Part shown: piece after piece, positions 49,501 through 57,900 of the stretch
Numbering within the stretch: position 1 is the first letter of the stretch
Layout: each line of letters begins with the position of its first letter
Assembly: GCA_018662825.1 (NCBI GenBank)
Contig: JABJFI010000002.1
Coordinates: 57 to 64,056 of the forward strand
Length of the DNA stretch: 64,000 nucleotides
Direction of reading: 5' to 3'
Origin: Methanobacteriota archaeon
GTDB taxonomy: Archaea; Thermoplasmatota; Poseidoniia; Poseidoniales; Poseidoniaceae
Made by a program: the position numbers and the translations under genes
Notes under the pieces: model-generated
Databases searched by the model: none
What the model was told of the DNA's origin: nothing
Seen by the model: the letters and a program-made list of their open reading frames with translations, nothing else

Positions 49501-50675
49501 TTGATTTCTGTAAAATGGGTAACCTCAATTGGACTTCTACACCATCAACCGATTATGATTCGGATGGCTGTAAAGATGCAACAGAGGATTCAGATGATGA
49601 TAACGATGGAGTTTCCGATTGGCAAGACTTTTGCTCTAAGGGTGAAATGCTTTGGCTTTCAAATGAAGCAACTGACCACGATGGAGACGGTTGCCGAGAT
49701 TTGACAGAAGACTTGGATGATGATAACGATAAACGAGTTGATACTGAAGACGATTGTCCAATTGGTGAAACCGATTGGGATTCACTTTCTCCTGATTCTG
49801 ACCACGATGAAGATGGCTGTAAGGATTGGATTGAAGACCTTGACTCTGACGGTGATGGAATCGAAGATGTCGAGGATTCTTGCCCACAAGGTTCTGTTCA
49901 ATGGACTTCATCAGGCTCGACCGATTATGATACAGATGGTTGTAAGGACGGAGATGAAGACCTCGATGATGATAATGATGGTGTGGCAGATGTCTCGGAC
50001 AAGTGCCCACTTGGGGATTTGTTCTGGACCTCCTCACCCTCAACAGATTACGATGGAGATGGCTGTCAGGATGACTCTGAAGATGAAGACGATGATAATG
50101 ATGGTGTGGCCGATCTAGCCGATTTGTGTGCTACTGGCGAACTTGATTGGAGTTCAAACCCATCAACTGACTACGACACTGACGGTTGTGAAGATGATTC
50201 TGCAGAGGATTCTGATGATGATAACGACGCCGTTCAAGATTCTCAAGACGATTGTTCTCGTGGACTTCTTACTTGGATTTCAGATGCAGTAAATGATTAT
50301 GACCAAGATGGTTGTAATGATGCATCCGAAGATGAAGATGATGATAACGATGAGATTGTAGATGCACTCGACAATTGTTCGACTGGAAAATTATTTTGGA
50401 TTTCCGAACCGAAACTTGATTCGGATGCAGATGGATGCCATGATGTAGACGAGGATACAGATTATGTCCCATTAGAGTTAGATGAAGAAGAGGGTGATAA
50501 TCCAATATGCAACCCATATGTTCAAGATTGTTCAGAGGAACAGGTGGACAAAGCAATAATCACTGAAGAATCGACAGAAGGTCAAGTAAAACAATTGCTC
50601 ATGACAATGCTTGCTTTGGCCATAATCCCTACCGCCATTGGATTACTCCTTCTGGCGTACCGAATGAAATGGTAG
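43578..50675 (+). CDS. giant (2366 aa) cell-surface protein made of about 55 tandem thrombospondin type 3-like Asp-rich Ca-binding repeats, with signal peptide and a C-terminal TM anchor
   Basis: The likely start is the internal ATG at 43578 (MVAERMRRLGAFAALAMFIFSSLSTS); the track ORF starts at 43470. Repeat unit about 40 aa: TDxDxDGCxDxxEDxDDDNDGxxDxxDxCxxGxxGWxS. Two copies are canonical TSP3 (DNCPNVANTNQANHDFDSEGDACDDDDD and DNCQFVPNTNQANYDGDSEGDACDNDDD). C-terminal helix LLMTMLALAIIPTAIGLLLLAYRMKW. Confidence 0.85.
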   Translation: MVAERMRRLGAFAALAMFIFSSLSTSQLMLLELNSSMDDDPQFSSARSGNDTDSDGIDDVDDICANGDTGWTSNAITDHDSDGCRDSTEDTDDDNDDQPDSFDDCQTGNLGWNSSTPGTDYDDDGCQDSLEDLDDDNDSVNDTSDTCQTGDRGWTSTSSNDYDSDGCQDISEDLDDDNDSVVDTSDLCTPGELGWTSTSSTDHDGDGCQDSSEDDDDDNDQVVDDDDSCTPGDIGWTSSSGTDHDDDGCQDSGEDTDDDDDGITDSLDGCSDGDLGWTPDSSTDYDTDGCQDSTEDTDDDNDGIFDGPDQCEKGDLGWTSSSSTDYDSDGCQDGTSEDLDRDNDGINDGSDNCSSGDLLWLSSGSTDHDTDGCQDSGEDLDDDNDGVADLHPDMCLLGDLGWTSTPATDFDGDGCRDSTEDDDTDNDGIDDVDDECNSGDTGWSSTPTTDHDNDGCQDSGEDTDDDNDGITDSLDDCSDGDLGWTPDSSTDYDSDGCQDSNEDLDDDNDLVDDDVDTCEKGTLGWTSSPSSDYDGDGCKDSTEDNDRDNDGILDSSDVCPQGDLGWTSGPSTDHDSDGCQDSGEDNDDDNDGVLDNAPDVCQTGDLGWISSSANDRDADGCQDSTEDPDDDNDGVHDTIDDCQNGDMGWISSSTTDHDSDGCRDASTEDPDDDNDSVLDGVDTCDKGETDWTPSTLNDYDSDGCKDDVEDNDDDNDGVIDSNDSCVRGDLGWTSNATTDNDGDGCRDSTEDFDSDNDGVADNIDSCPQGITGWSSSSSTDYDSDGCKDTSAEDNDDDNDGYNDSVDDCPTGTIGWTPTPSNDYDSDGCKDDTIFDTDDDNDDQPDPFDDCQTGNMGWNSSTPGTDYDDDGCQDASSEDLDDDNDEVEDLHPDDCQFGNLGWISSPTTDHDGDGCEDASSEDDDDDNDNISDSLDDCQFGEGSWIPSPSTDYDSDGCRDATEDLDDDNDDVDDVDDECHFGDLGWISSPTTDNDGDGCQDNSIEDDDDDNDGILDSLDDCQDGDVGWTPSSTTDYDSDGCRDATEDPDDDNDDVNDDVPDVCQTGELNWISTPATDYDGDGCRDATEDPDTDNDGINDVDDDCNFGELNWVSSTSTDWDSDGCKDDSIEDNDNDNDSIPNSSDECPTGIIGWTPTPLNDYDSDGCRDVDEDLDDDNDGVADDDDGCATGDLNWTSDATTDIDGDGCRDSTEDSDDDNDSIGDGNDNCPNVANTNQANHDFDSEGDACDDDDDNDGVDDDVPDNCVRGALGWTSSSLNDHDGDGCRDSDEDTDDDGDGISDTSDDCTPGEIGWISNAVTDHDSDGCLDQNSGNALEEDDDDDDDGMLDGPDVCEKGDLGWTSNSVTDYDGDGCRDAGEDTDDDGDGVSDSSDSCLQSTVGWISNSTTDNDGDGCEDGNSDLDDDNDGVLDVNDNCQFVPNTNQANYDGDSEGDACDNDDDNDGINDPFDVCVRGEMGWISTQFTDHDSDGCQDSTNEDPDDDNDQVNDVNDDCQLGTVGWISSPATDYDSDGCQDSGEDLDDDNDTVPDVIDRCATGEIGWTPTPANDYDSDGCRDATEDLDDDNDGINDNIDVNCQKGDLNWISTPATDHDSDGCRDAGEDLDDDNDTKADVSDDCRLGELGWISTPATDYDGDGCRDATEDDDDDNDTVLDPLDDCRLGNLGWTSNLTTDWDSDGCNDLSEDDDDDNDGLGDSQDQCPKGDIGWGSSGPGQGNAPDYDGDGCQDALEDLDDDNDNVLDDVDSCPRGLEMMYHMPLSPPWTDYDGDGCMDQLHDGIEEDLDDDNDGVLDVNDNCSMGDLGWISNKITDNDGDGCKDASEDYDDDEDGIDDIDDQCPRGEVGWSQSNLTDYDSDGCQDISEDDDDDNDGIHDSNDLCPKGELNWSSTEGEDYDSDGCRDSTEDLDDDNDNLPDLLDNCSKGNMEWTWPSPAFDYDSDGCLDILEDLDDDGDGLTDELDFCKMGNLNWTSTPSTDYDSDGCKDATEDSDDDNDGVSDWQDFCSKGEMLWLSNEATDHDGDGCRDLTEDLDDDNDKRVDTEDDCPIGETDWDSLSPDSDHDEDGCKDWIEDLDSDGDGIEDVEDSCPQGSVQWTSSGSTDYDTDGCKDGDEDLDDDNDGVADVSDKCPLGDLFWTSSPSTDYDGDGCQDDSEDEDDDNDGVADLADLCATGELDWSSNPSTDYDTDGCEDDSAEDSDDDNDAVQDSQDDCSRGLLTWISDAVNDYDQDGCNDASEDEDDDNDEIVDALDNCSTGKLFWISEPKLDSDADGCHDVDEDTDYVPLELDEEEGDNPICNPYVQDCSEEQVDKAIITEESTEGQVKQLLMTMLALAIIPTAIGLLLLAYRMKW
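43690..50460 (+). repeat. about 55 tandem ~120-bp coding repeats (TSP3-like units) inside the giant gene
   Basis: Recurrent gatgatgataacgatgg / gattacgattc(a/g)gatggttg(c/t)c(a/g)agat blocks at ~120-bp periodicity. These generate many spurious His/Arg- or Ile/Met-rich ORFs in other frames. Confidence 0.8.
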
Positions 50676-50723
50676 TGTCCTTGAGACTCATATGTTGAAA
50701 GAGGATGACCTCTTGCTTGTCTT

Positions 50724-51221
50724 ATGGCACACATTCTCATCATGGCAGCCTCGACTGGAAAGAACCTTGATTTGGCTACGTCGTTCTACAATACTGTGTT
50801 AACTCAAGGCAATACTGCTGAGATAATCGACCTTTGTCGACTTAACCTTCCGATGTACACCCCAGAGGCAGAGAAAGAAATATCCGATATATCTTCAGTG
50901 AATAATGTCATGGAGCAACTATTAGCAAGTGATGCACTGATTGTATGCGCTCCTGAATACAATGGGTCAATACCGCCGGTTCTCAACAACCTAATTGCTT
51001 GGTTATCAGTTCAATCAGATGATTTTAGGATGTTATTCAATCGAAGAAAAGTTGGATTAGCAACGGTAAGTGGTGGTGGAGGCCAACATGTCATCATGAG
51101 CATGAGAATGCAATTTTCCTTTTTGGGCTCAAATGTACTTGGGCGTTCTATTGTAATCAACAAAACGAAATCATTCAACCAGCTTTCTCTTGATGCAATG
51201 GCGACAGAGGTGCTCAAATAA
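50724..51221 (+). CDS. NAD(P)H-dependent FMN reductase-like flavoprotein (flavodoxin fold)
   Basis: ALIVCAPEYNGSIPPVLNNLIAWLS matches the NADPH-dependent FMN reductase consensus. Stop overlaps the pirin start (taATG). Confidence 0.6.
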   Translation: MAHILIMAASTGKNLDLATSFYNTVLTQGNTAEIIDLCRLNLPMYTPEAEKEISDISSVNNVMEQLLASDALIVCAPEYNGSIPPVLNNLIAWLSVQSDDFRMLFNRRKVGLATVSGGGGQHVIMSMRMQFSFLGSNVLGRSIVINKTKSFNQLSLDAMATEVLK

Positions 51222-52063
51222 TGCAGAAAAGAACCTTACGAATGACTGCACCTACCCACACAGTACTCGAAGGCGGGGGTTTTCCTGTAAGAAGACCTTC
51301 AGCAATGGGTTCACTGATGAGTCCTTTTTTGCTCTTGGATGAAATGGGGCCGGTTCATTGGGAGCCTGGGCAAGCGATTGGAGCCCCAGCCCACCCCCAT
51401 CGTGGATTTGAGACAGTGACATACATGATTCAAGGGGCTATGAAGCACGAAGACAGTGCAGGAAACAAAGGTGATTTGAATCCAGGAGATGTTCAGTGGA
51501 TGACTGCAGGCCGAGGAATTATACATTCCGAATTACCTCAAGATGATTTTCTCAAACAAGGAGGTGTAAGCCATGGTTTTCAAATATGGGTGAATCTTCC
51601 TTCGAAAGACAAAATGATGCAACCTCGGTATCAAGAAATATCTTCAAAGCAGATACCAAAAGTAACTTCTGAAGATGGTAAAGTTTGGGCAAATATCATT
51701 GCAGGCTCAACTTTAGGTGTTCAGGCAGTTATTGACACAGTCATTCCAATTACCTACATTCACATGAAAATACAGAAACAAGGTGCTCATTGTCAAGCAA
51801 TTGAGCAAGGCCTCAATGGTATGATTTATGTTTTCGGTGGAACGGTACACATTGAAGGTAAACCAGTACATGATGGTCAACTTGGTCTATTGACTGATGG
51901 TGATGAAGTGATATTTGAAGCACAAGAGGATGATGCCGAATTCTTAATTCTTGCCGGTCCAGAATTAAATGAACCAATTGCACGGTATGGACCGTTTGTG
52001 ATGAATAACCGTGAAGAGATACAGCAAGCATTACTCGACTACCAAAACGGCAACCTCGCTTAA
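51221..52063 (+). CDS. pirin-family bicupin protein
   Basis: N-terminal cupin metal site HPHRGFETVTYMIQG...HEDSAGN (HxH...E). 280 aa. Confidence 0.85.
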   Translation: MQKRTLRMTAPTHTVLEGGGFPVRRPSAMGSLMSPFLLLDEMGPVHWEPGQAIGAPAHPHRGFETVTYMIQGAMKHEDSAGNKGDLNPGDVQWMTAGRGIIHSELPQDDFLKQGGVSHGFQIWVNLPSKDKMMQPRYQEISSKQIPKVTSEDGKVWANIIAGSTLGVQAVIDTVIPITYIHMKIQKQGAHCQAIEQGLNGMIYVFGGTVHIEGKPVHDGQLGLLTDGDEVIFEAQEDDAEFLILAGPELNEPIARYGPFVMNNREEIQQALLDYQNGNLA

Positions 52064-52214
52064 TCTAGGTTCTTGGAATTTCTCTTGGCATTCCACTCAA
52101 ATTCTGAATGTTCTTGGCCTTGAATAATGGTCTAATTTGAGGGGGGGGTGCCTCACTTTTGCTCTGTTTTTTTGAGTATTCTAAAGGCAATACTGCATGC
52201 TATTTGAGTATAAG

Positions 52215-52289
52215 TGCTCGTGCCGGGATTCGAACCCGGGTCGGCGGGATGAAAACCCACTATGATGGACCTGGCTACACCACACGAGC
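52215..52289 (-). tRNA. tRNA-Glu (anticodon UUC), 75 nt, CCA not encoded
   Basis: Minus-strand sequence GCTCGTG-TG-GTGTAGCCAGGTCCATCAT-A-GTGGG-TTTTCAT-CCCGC-CGAC-CCGGG-TTCGAAT-CCCGG-CACGAGC-A. 7-bp acceptor stem, GGTTCGAATCC T-arm, anticodon loop UUUUCAU. Closely resembles archaeal tRNA-Glu. Confidence 0.8.
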
Positions 52290-52354
52290 GACAGCCGTTC
52301 CACCGACCACCCCTTGATAATGATTCGCTCTATCAAAGACGAGAGAACGATGGC

Positions 52355-52978
52355 TCATTCGCTCATTTCATGCTCCATTGAGGATGTTTCTAGTTCAATA
52401 TTGTTCCACCATTTCCAACCATAATAAATTAGTACCGCTGAAAGAATCATCATGATGGCCAAAATAATTTCATTTTCGAGAAACCAATTCAAAGACTCAA
52501 TAGCCGCATTACCATATACACCGATCAATATTGCTTCAAGTCCAAAACGTAAACCCCTTCCACATAGTCCTGCAAGCAAAAACGGCTTCTTTTCCATCTC
52601 CCCCATTCCTGCAACCCAGCCAAATACCTTGTATGGTATTGGTGAAAATGCGGCAATGAAAATGCCAAAACTTCCGTATTTGAGAGTGAGTGCCTCGATT
52701 TTTTCGAGGTGTGCTTGCTTTGAAAATCGACCGATTAACCCACGCCCCCATCGTTTTCCAATCCAGTACCCTACCAAGGAACCAGCTACCGAAGAAAGTG
52801 TAACAGTCAGCCAGAGCCAAACTACCATTGGGATGTTTCCAATCGTGTCTGCAAGCATTGGAATGTAGAGTAAATCAGGTGGAATCGGTTGGATAATTGC
52901 TTCTGTAAAGGAGACAACAGCAAGACTTGCCGGGCCAAAAACATCGAAAAAGTCGAGTATAGTATCCTTCCACGACAT
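52355..52978 (-). CDS. DedA/TVP38-family membrane protein
   Basis: LYIPMLADTIGNIPMVVWLWLTVTLSSVAGSLVGYWIGKRWGRGLIGRF resembles the DedA core. About 5 TM. 207 aa. Confidence 0.65.
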   Translation of the reverse strand: MSWKDTILDFFDVFGPASLAVVSFTEAIIQPIPPDLLYIPMLADTIGNIPMVVWLWLTVTLSSVAGSLVGYWIGKRWGRGLIGRFSKQAHLEKIEALTLKYGSFGIFIAAFSPIPYKVFGWVAGMGEMEKKPFLLAGLCGRGLRFGLEAILIGVYGNAAIESLNWFLENEIILAIMMILSAVLIYYGWKWWNNIELETSSMEHEMSE

Positions 52979-53046
52979 GAAGGTTGCTCAGTTGCCCCTC
53001 CCATGAATGTGTGGGTGTGCGGTGACTTCAAGGAGGGCATTCTTCA

Positions 53047-53550
53047 GTGGAGGACTTGATGCGAGTCCTTGATACAGCAGCATTACTTCATTGGCCGGTA
53101 AGTGAACTTACGGGTAATGTTTGTGCAGTGCGGCAGCAAGAGGAATTAGAACGAGTTAGTCCTCAACGCTGGATGTTGGTTCAGGCTCTTGATATCGATT
53201 GGCGAGATGTACCGCCAAACTGGCTTAATGACGCGAAAGAATGTGCTGCTGATAGTGGAGACCTACCTCGGCTTTCAGATGTTGACTTGGACGTTTTAGC
53301 TCTGGCACTCGGACTCGATATCCCTTTGGTCACTGATGATTACCGCTTACAAAATACTATGAATTCAGCGGGCAAGCAATCGCATTCAGTTGGTACCACT
53401 GGAGCAAAGCAAGTTTGGAAATGGAAATTAAGGTGCACAGGATGCCGTATTTCTACTGATGTTCCCGAAGATGTATCACGTTCTAAAAAAGGTGAAGTTG
53501 GTGATTGTGAGCGTTGTGGCTCGCCATTGGTGCTGAAGAGAAAACGCTGA
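53047..53550 (+). CDS. Nob1-like protein: PIN nuclease domain plus C-terminal CxxC...CxxC zinc ribbon
   Basis: PIN-type acidic residues (VLDTAALL, DLDVLALALGLDIPLVTDD). C-terminal CTGCRIS...(20)...CERCGSPL. 167 aa, as for archaeal Nob1. Confidence 0.5.
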   Translation: MEDLMRVLDTAALLHWPVSELTGNVCAVRQQEELERVSPQRWMLVQALDIDWRDVPPNWLNDAKECAADSGDLPRLSDVDLDVLALALGLDIPLVTDDYRLQNTMNSAGKQSHSVGTTGAKQVWKWKLRCTGCRISTDVPEDVSRSKKGEVGDCERCGSPLVLKRKR

Positions 53551-53551
53551 A

Positions 53552-53851
53552 CTATTCTTCAGAAGAATCCATTGACTCAAGCGCTGCTACCTTGCGTTCG
53601 AGTTCATCGACTTCCATACCAGCAGGGTCTAGACCGACAGTTCTAGCACGCTCGGCAAGAAGTTGAGAAGGGGTGCGACCACCAGCCTCAAGGTCGTTCA
53701 ATGTGCGAGATGTATCGGACAATCCCTTTTGGAATTCACCCTTTGAGCGGCCCAATGCATTGGCCATTTTTGGTAAGCGCTCGGCACCAAATAATATGAA
53801 AAATAATCCAATGAGAACCGTAAGTTCAAGTGGTCCTAATCCGCCAATCAT
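53552..53851 (-). CDS. tatA: twin-arginine translocase subunit TatA/E
   Basis: MIGGLGPLELTVLIGLFFILFGAERLPKMANALGRSKGEFQKG (TM helix plus amphipathic helix with FGxxKLP-like motif). Acidic C-terminal tail. Confidence 0.8.
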   Translation of the reverse strand: MIGGLGPLELTVLIGLFFILFGAERLPKMANALGRSKGEFQKGLSDTSRTLNDLEAGGRTPSQLLAERARTVGLDPAGMEVDELERKVAALESMDSSEE

Positions 53852-53924
53852 TATTCTTCCTCAACCCTTGGAGAAAGGCAGTAGTGTTGAATGCTTCGGC
53901 TAAACAGGGTGCATTTTTCTGTTT

Positions 53925-54158
53925 TTAGCCTCCAGAGACCGGAGGCAGAAAAGCCAATTCATCACCATCGACTAATTCAGTATCAAACTCACACTGAAGG
54001 CCATTAATGGCTACAAAGAGGCCACGATTTTTCCAATCATCAATGGCAAGAATCTGTAGGACAGTGTCAATTTTTGTAGAATATGGCAGGCTAAGTTCGT
54101 GCCGCTTCCAATTGAGTGTTTCTGCGAGTGGCCCGAAAGCAAGGAGCGTAATGTTCAT
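53925..54158 (-). CDS. MoaD/ThiS-family ubiquitin-like sulfur carrier / small archaeal modifier protein-like (C-terminal Gly-Gly)
   Basis: Likely start MNITLLAFGPLAETL at 54158 (track ORF runs to 54224). Beta-grasp-type pattern. Ends ...FLPPVSGG with a diglycine C-terminus. Confidence 0.65.
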   Translation of the reverse strand: MNITLLAFGPLAETLNWKRHELSLPYSTKIDTVLQILAIDDWKNRGLFVAINGLQCEFDTELVDGDELAFLPPVSGG

Positions 54159-54227
54159 GCCCCCAGCATCGTTCATGGTGATGCTTTGAAGCGGTAGTTT
54201 ATCAACGCACTCGCTCGTCCTCAATGC

Positions 54228-54926
54228 ATGGGACCAGTGATGAAAGCAACCGGTTTGTGGAAAATTTATCCTTCAGGGGAAACTTCTATTCAGGCGGTTA
54301 AAGGAGTCAATGTGAATATCGATGCTGGAGAAATGGTTGCTATTATGGGTCCATCCGGCTGTGGAAAAACGACTTTGCTCAATATACTCTCTGGAATCGA
54401 TGAACCAAATTCGGGAGATGTGATGGTCAAAAATCAACCATTATTCGGAATCTCAGATGATGCTCGAACTCGTATGAGAGCCGAACATCTAGGATTTATT
54501 TTTCAAGATTTTAATCTTCTTCCAGTTCTTTCAGCAGTAGAAAATGTAGAGTTGCCATTACTCTTACTGGGAAATTCGGCGGCAGAAGCGCGCACAGGCG
54601 CCCTTTCGGCCCTTTCCTCTGTAGGATTAGAAGACCGAGCAGAACACCGTCCTGCTGAGTTATCTGGGGGTCAGCAACAACGTGTTGCAGTTGCTCGAGC
54701 CTTGGTTCATAGCCCCGCCATCATTCTTTGCGATGAGCCCACGGGTAATCTTGATTCTGCGACATCATCAGAAGTACTGGAACTTCTTCTTCATTTGAAT
54801 AATGAGCGAAACACAACCTTTCTCATCGTCACTCATGACCCCATAATCGCAAAACATTGTAGTCGAACACTACGTATGTCGGATGGAGTCATCATCGAAG
54901 ACCAAAGGAATTCTGAGGAGGAGTAG
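54228..54926 (+). CDS. ABC transporter ATP-binding protein (MacB/LolD-type)
   Basis: Walker A GPSGCGKTT. Signature LSGGQQQRVAVARAL. Walker B IILCDEPT. H-loop VTHD. Confidence 0.9.
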   Translation: MGPVMKATGLWKIYPSGETSIQAVKGVNVNIDAGEMVAIMGPSGCGKTTLLNILSGIDEPNSGDVMVKNQPLFGISDDARTRMRAEHLGFIFQDFNLLPVLSAVENVELPLLLLGNSAAEARTGALSALSSVGLEDRAEHRPAELSGGQQQRVAVARALVHSPAIILCDEPTGNLDSATSSEVLELLLHLNNERNTTFLIVTHDPIIAKHCSRTLRMSDGVIIEDQRNSEEE

Positions 54927-54934
54927 CACTGCTG

Positions 54935-57900
54935 ATGCAATTGACCATTCTTTCGGTAGTGGTTGCTCTTTTGAGTACGGCATCCACGCTTGGAATAGGT
55001 CGTTGGAAACAACTTGGATTTGGGAAGATTACATTGCTAATTTTCGGTCCAGTCCTCGATGCTTTGCTTGCTTATTTTCTTCTCGATTGGCTCTCAGTTT
55101 CGGGATTGACACTATTGGCTGGTGCTTTTGCTTTCGGAATTATCAGTCATGTATTGATGCAACCCCTTCTCGTTCCACAACGCCTGGTAGTATGGCGTTT
55201 AGCAAAGCAAAATATTCTCCGAAGACGACGTCAAGCAGCGCTGCTAATGGCCGGATTAATCATCGCCTCAGCCATAATCACATCTTCGATGGTTGTAGGT
55301 GATTCCTTGGATGCAACTGTTCGATATGAAGTCGAAGGTGCATGGGGGAAAACCGATATCACGATTTCTGGATTCGACCTTTCAGTAGGGGAACGAGTGG
55401 TACTTTCCGAATCACTTGCCAATGATATGTGGGAAGGAATTCAAGAAAATTCGAAATTGTCTCCAGTTCTTGAAGGACAGCAACAAGGCTTGGTCGCCTC
55501 AGCAAGTGTTGCAACGTCAGAAGAATCTCTTACTGGTGTCACTTGGATGGCGATGAACAGTACCATTGATGGAGAGAAAGTTTGGCCGAATATAGGTTCA
55601 ACGGAATTTGGAATTCGATATGCTCACTTGTATGATGCCAATTTGTTTTCCACACAAAAATTTGTTGCAGTCAATGAAGTATTAGCAGATGAGTTGGATC
55701 TAGCCATAGGTGATGACCTTGAAATTGGCTGGTATGTAACTGAGGAAAACAAAAGAATTCGAGTCGAATCTACATTAGAGGTTTTCAGCATTGTGGCCAA
55801 TGAAGGTCAAGGGGCATCAGCCGGTACACAAGCTCCTGCCTTTTTCACAGACTTAGCAACTGCACAATCATTGCAACGCCATAATGGAAGCATCAATTCG
55901 CTGTACTACGCTGTAGATGATGAGCATGATGACGAAGGACATATCGAGCCAATAATTGAGGGAATTGAAGAACTTCTTGACCTACTGATTCGGGCGACCG
56001 ATGTTGGGCTGAAAATCGATTCTGATGAAAACACGAATTCATTGACCTTGACATCAAGTCAAGGCTTAGGACGTCTGTCTGGAGAGTTGGTACGTGGATT
56101 ACGTGGAAATCTGACCCAAATTTCACCGGATTCAAGCATGATGGAAGTCCTCCAGGTGCCGTTGATTGAACTTCTTGAAAGCGATGAACAAATACTTACA
56201 CTTGCTGATTCTGAAATCACTCAATTATGGGCAGGCGAACGCGGACTGTGGCATTTTTCCCCAAGTGGAGCCGGCTTCCAAATCGATGGCAAAGGTGGCG
56301 CTTGGGTGTGGAGGGTCGATGAAGGTGGAATCGCACATGATTTTGCCTTAGATGCTTCAGGTGCATATGGTCTAATTGCAACAGACGATGGTTTAGTTGT
56401 GGGGTATGAAGGGGACCTAGATGCTGAGGAGTGGGCCTCCTATGATAGCGAAGGGCCGATGGTTTCTGTGGCATCTGATACAAACGGATGGTGGGCACTT
56501 GAGCAAGGAACTACAACTTTCAAACTTCATTCTTTTTCTCGCGATTTTGAACAACATAGCGTAACCAACCTTTCACTTTCAATGCCCTCAACTGTTCTAT
56601 CCACTCAGTTATTTTTCGATGAGTACTTATTTTTGGAAATCGAAAGCCTCCTTTCTTCAAGTCGCTTTCAATCGACTGTTTCAGACATTTCGTTTTCAGA
56701 GTTGAATAATTCATCCACATGGCCTTCTGTTCAAAACCCCGTGGCCAATGCACCACTACATATGTCGTGCAATGAAGTTGCTTCGGTAACTCTACCGCAA
56801 AATGGAGACCACTGGTGCACTTTTCCCGAAGGGGTCATGCGCTGGAATTCCGATTCTGAAACACTTGAATCACTTCGAATTCCAATAATTTCGACAGCAG
56901 GTGGCTTGGGAGTCTTGCCCCAATTATTCTTGGCCTTTGGAGGCGAGCAATCTCCAGTCATTGTCGAAGAGGGGGAAGTGCTGCTGAGTCAACGACTCAA
57001 TTCCTTGAATTTGTCAGCCAATGAAAGCAATCTTTGGGTGAAGGGCCTCATTCCCTACGCCTTTGGCGATAACACTGCATATCGTTTATCCTTCACTGGC
57101 ACATATTCTGAAATTGAGGGAATGGAAAGTCTTTCTGACCTCGATTCGGTAGTTCTCGGCCTAGTTTCATTGAAGGAGGGAGAAATACTAGCCTCTGCGG
57201 GAGAAGATGAGCGTTCAATGGTCATCTTATCGGTTTCTGGCCAATGGAATGATTCAGTTGCTGACTCTCTCTCCGCGTGGCTGGACCTACAATCAAATTC
57301 ATCCGATGCAAATTTGGATATTAGAGCAGTAAAAGTAGAGGCTGCTGCAATTGCTGAGGAATCATCCGGTATTTTGGCCGCCATGTTTTTGGTTTTCGGC
57401 ACATTTACAATTGCGGCCGGAATTTTACTCGTTCTAACTATCGTGATGATGCTAGCAGAATCACGTCGCTCAGAACTAGGTACAATGCGTGCAATAGGTG
57501 TTTCTCAATCCGATGCCCGAGCGTTAGCGGTGCAGGAGGGAATAATTCTCTCCGCTTTAGCGAGTATCTTGGGCGCATGTTGTGGGATTCTACTGGCGTG
57601 GTTCATTAGTATCGGTTTCGATAATATGTTTTCATCCGTCGGTTCGAATCAATTTGCTTTTGCCTGGGAATGGACATCATTATTCTCAGGAGCAGTTTGG
57701 GGATTTCTACTTGCCGTGTTCACTCTCTGGGTCTCTGCTTTTTGGACATCAAAGTTGAACATAATTGTGGCACTTAAAGGTGGACGAATTCCCCGTTCAG
57801 AAGGGATTCCTTGGATCTTACTGCTTCTTCAAATTCTTGCATTTGGAGGAGGTTCTCTTGCATTCTTAATGTTGCTTGTACTTGGATTTGATTCAGGTTT

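Noticed and set aside
43648-50556. About 25 short-to-medium ORFs in other frames and strands within the TSP3 repeat gene (for example 46003..46704 -, 233 aa; 47285..47668 -; 49636..50043 -)
   Set aside because: His/Arg/Leu- or Ile/Met/Thr-rich periodic products generated by the 120-bp DNA repeat. All are nested in the 2401-aa ORF, which has the signal peptide, TSP3 motifs and TM anchor.
43470-50675. Possible CRISPR array suggested by the regular ~120-bp periodicity
   Set aside because: The repeats are in-frame coding units of one long ORF. There are no short palindromic repeats separated by unique spacers and no cas genes.
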